From a virus (lineage: Duplodnaviria; Heunggongvirae; Uroviricota; Caudoviricetes): a stretch of DNA of 7,755 nucleotides. The notes under the pieces are model-generated. The model was not told the origin of the DNA. It did no database searches and saw only the letters and a program-made list of their open reading frames with translations. Where the stretch lies: IMG/VR virus record IMGVR_UViG_2734482544_000001. The stretch is one strand, 5' to 3'. Of this stretch, positions 7,702 through 7,755 are shown piece by piece (within the stretch, counting starts at the first letter, position 1; each line of letters opens with the position of its first letter). Made by a program: the position numbers and the translations under genes.

Positions 7702-7721
7702 TATCACTTAAATAAGTGATA
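7702..7721. repeat. Inverted repeat TATCACTT-AAAT-AAGTGATA (8-bp arms, 4-bp spacer) upstream of the endolysin gene
   Basis: Read directly from the sequence. Each arm begins with TATCAC, the conserved half-site of lambdoid CI/Cro operators, but the arm spacing gives a 20-bp site rather than 17 bp. It lies about 55 nt upstream of the endolysin ATG in a 108-nt stretch with stops in the endolysin frame and one other. Confidence 0.6.
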
Positions 7722-7755
7722 GTCTTAATACTAGTTTTTAGACTAGTCATTGGAG

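Noticed and set aside
7556-7750. Minus-strand 64-residue Cys-rich ORF upstream of and overlapping the endolysin start, considered as a possible holin
   Set aside because: It is not hydrophobic and has no transmembrane character, it overlaps the endolysin start in another frame, and it runs to the window edge without a convincing start context.
1-7755. CRISPR arrays, tRNA or rRNA genes, insertion sequences
   Set aside because: No regularly spaced direct repeats, no tRNA-like cloverleaf candidates, and no transposase-like ORFs or terminal inverted repeats were seen on manual reading.

Overview
This 7.7 kb window is the late region of a lambdoid-type temperate phage or prophage from an enterobacterial host, with nearly all genes on the minus strand. 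Reading right to left: the N-terminus of a SAR-type endolysin (7647-7516), a 299-nt assembly gap (7217-7515), the C-terminal part of an Rz i-spanin with an embedded Rz1 o-spanin lipoprotein, then an AT-rich plus-strand moron encoding a DedA/YqaA-like membrane protein, followed by the packaging and head module (small terminase, large terminase, portal, Mu F/SPP1 gp7-like protein, scaffold/protease-like protein, small decoration-like protein). The most notable observation is that the portal reading frame is continuous from 3933 to 2467 but is broken by two in-frame TAG codons (3759-3757 and 3558-3556), leaving only the last 360 codons as an intact ORF. Other points are a chimeric ORF call across the gap, no holin ORF directly upstream of the endolysin (an inverted repeat and ACTAGT pair sit there instead), and long overlaps at gene junctions. 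Protein similarities are from memory of lambda Rz/Rz1, phage 21 R21 and common phage families, not from a database search. I saw no CRISPR array, tRNA or rRNA.
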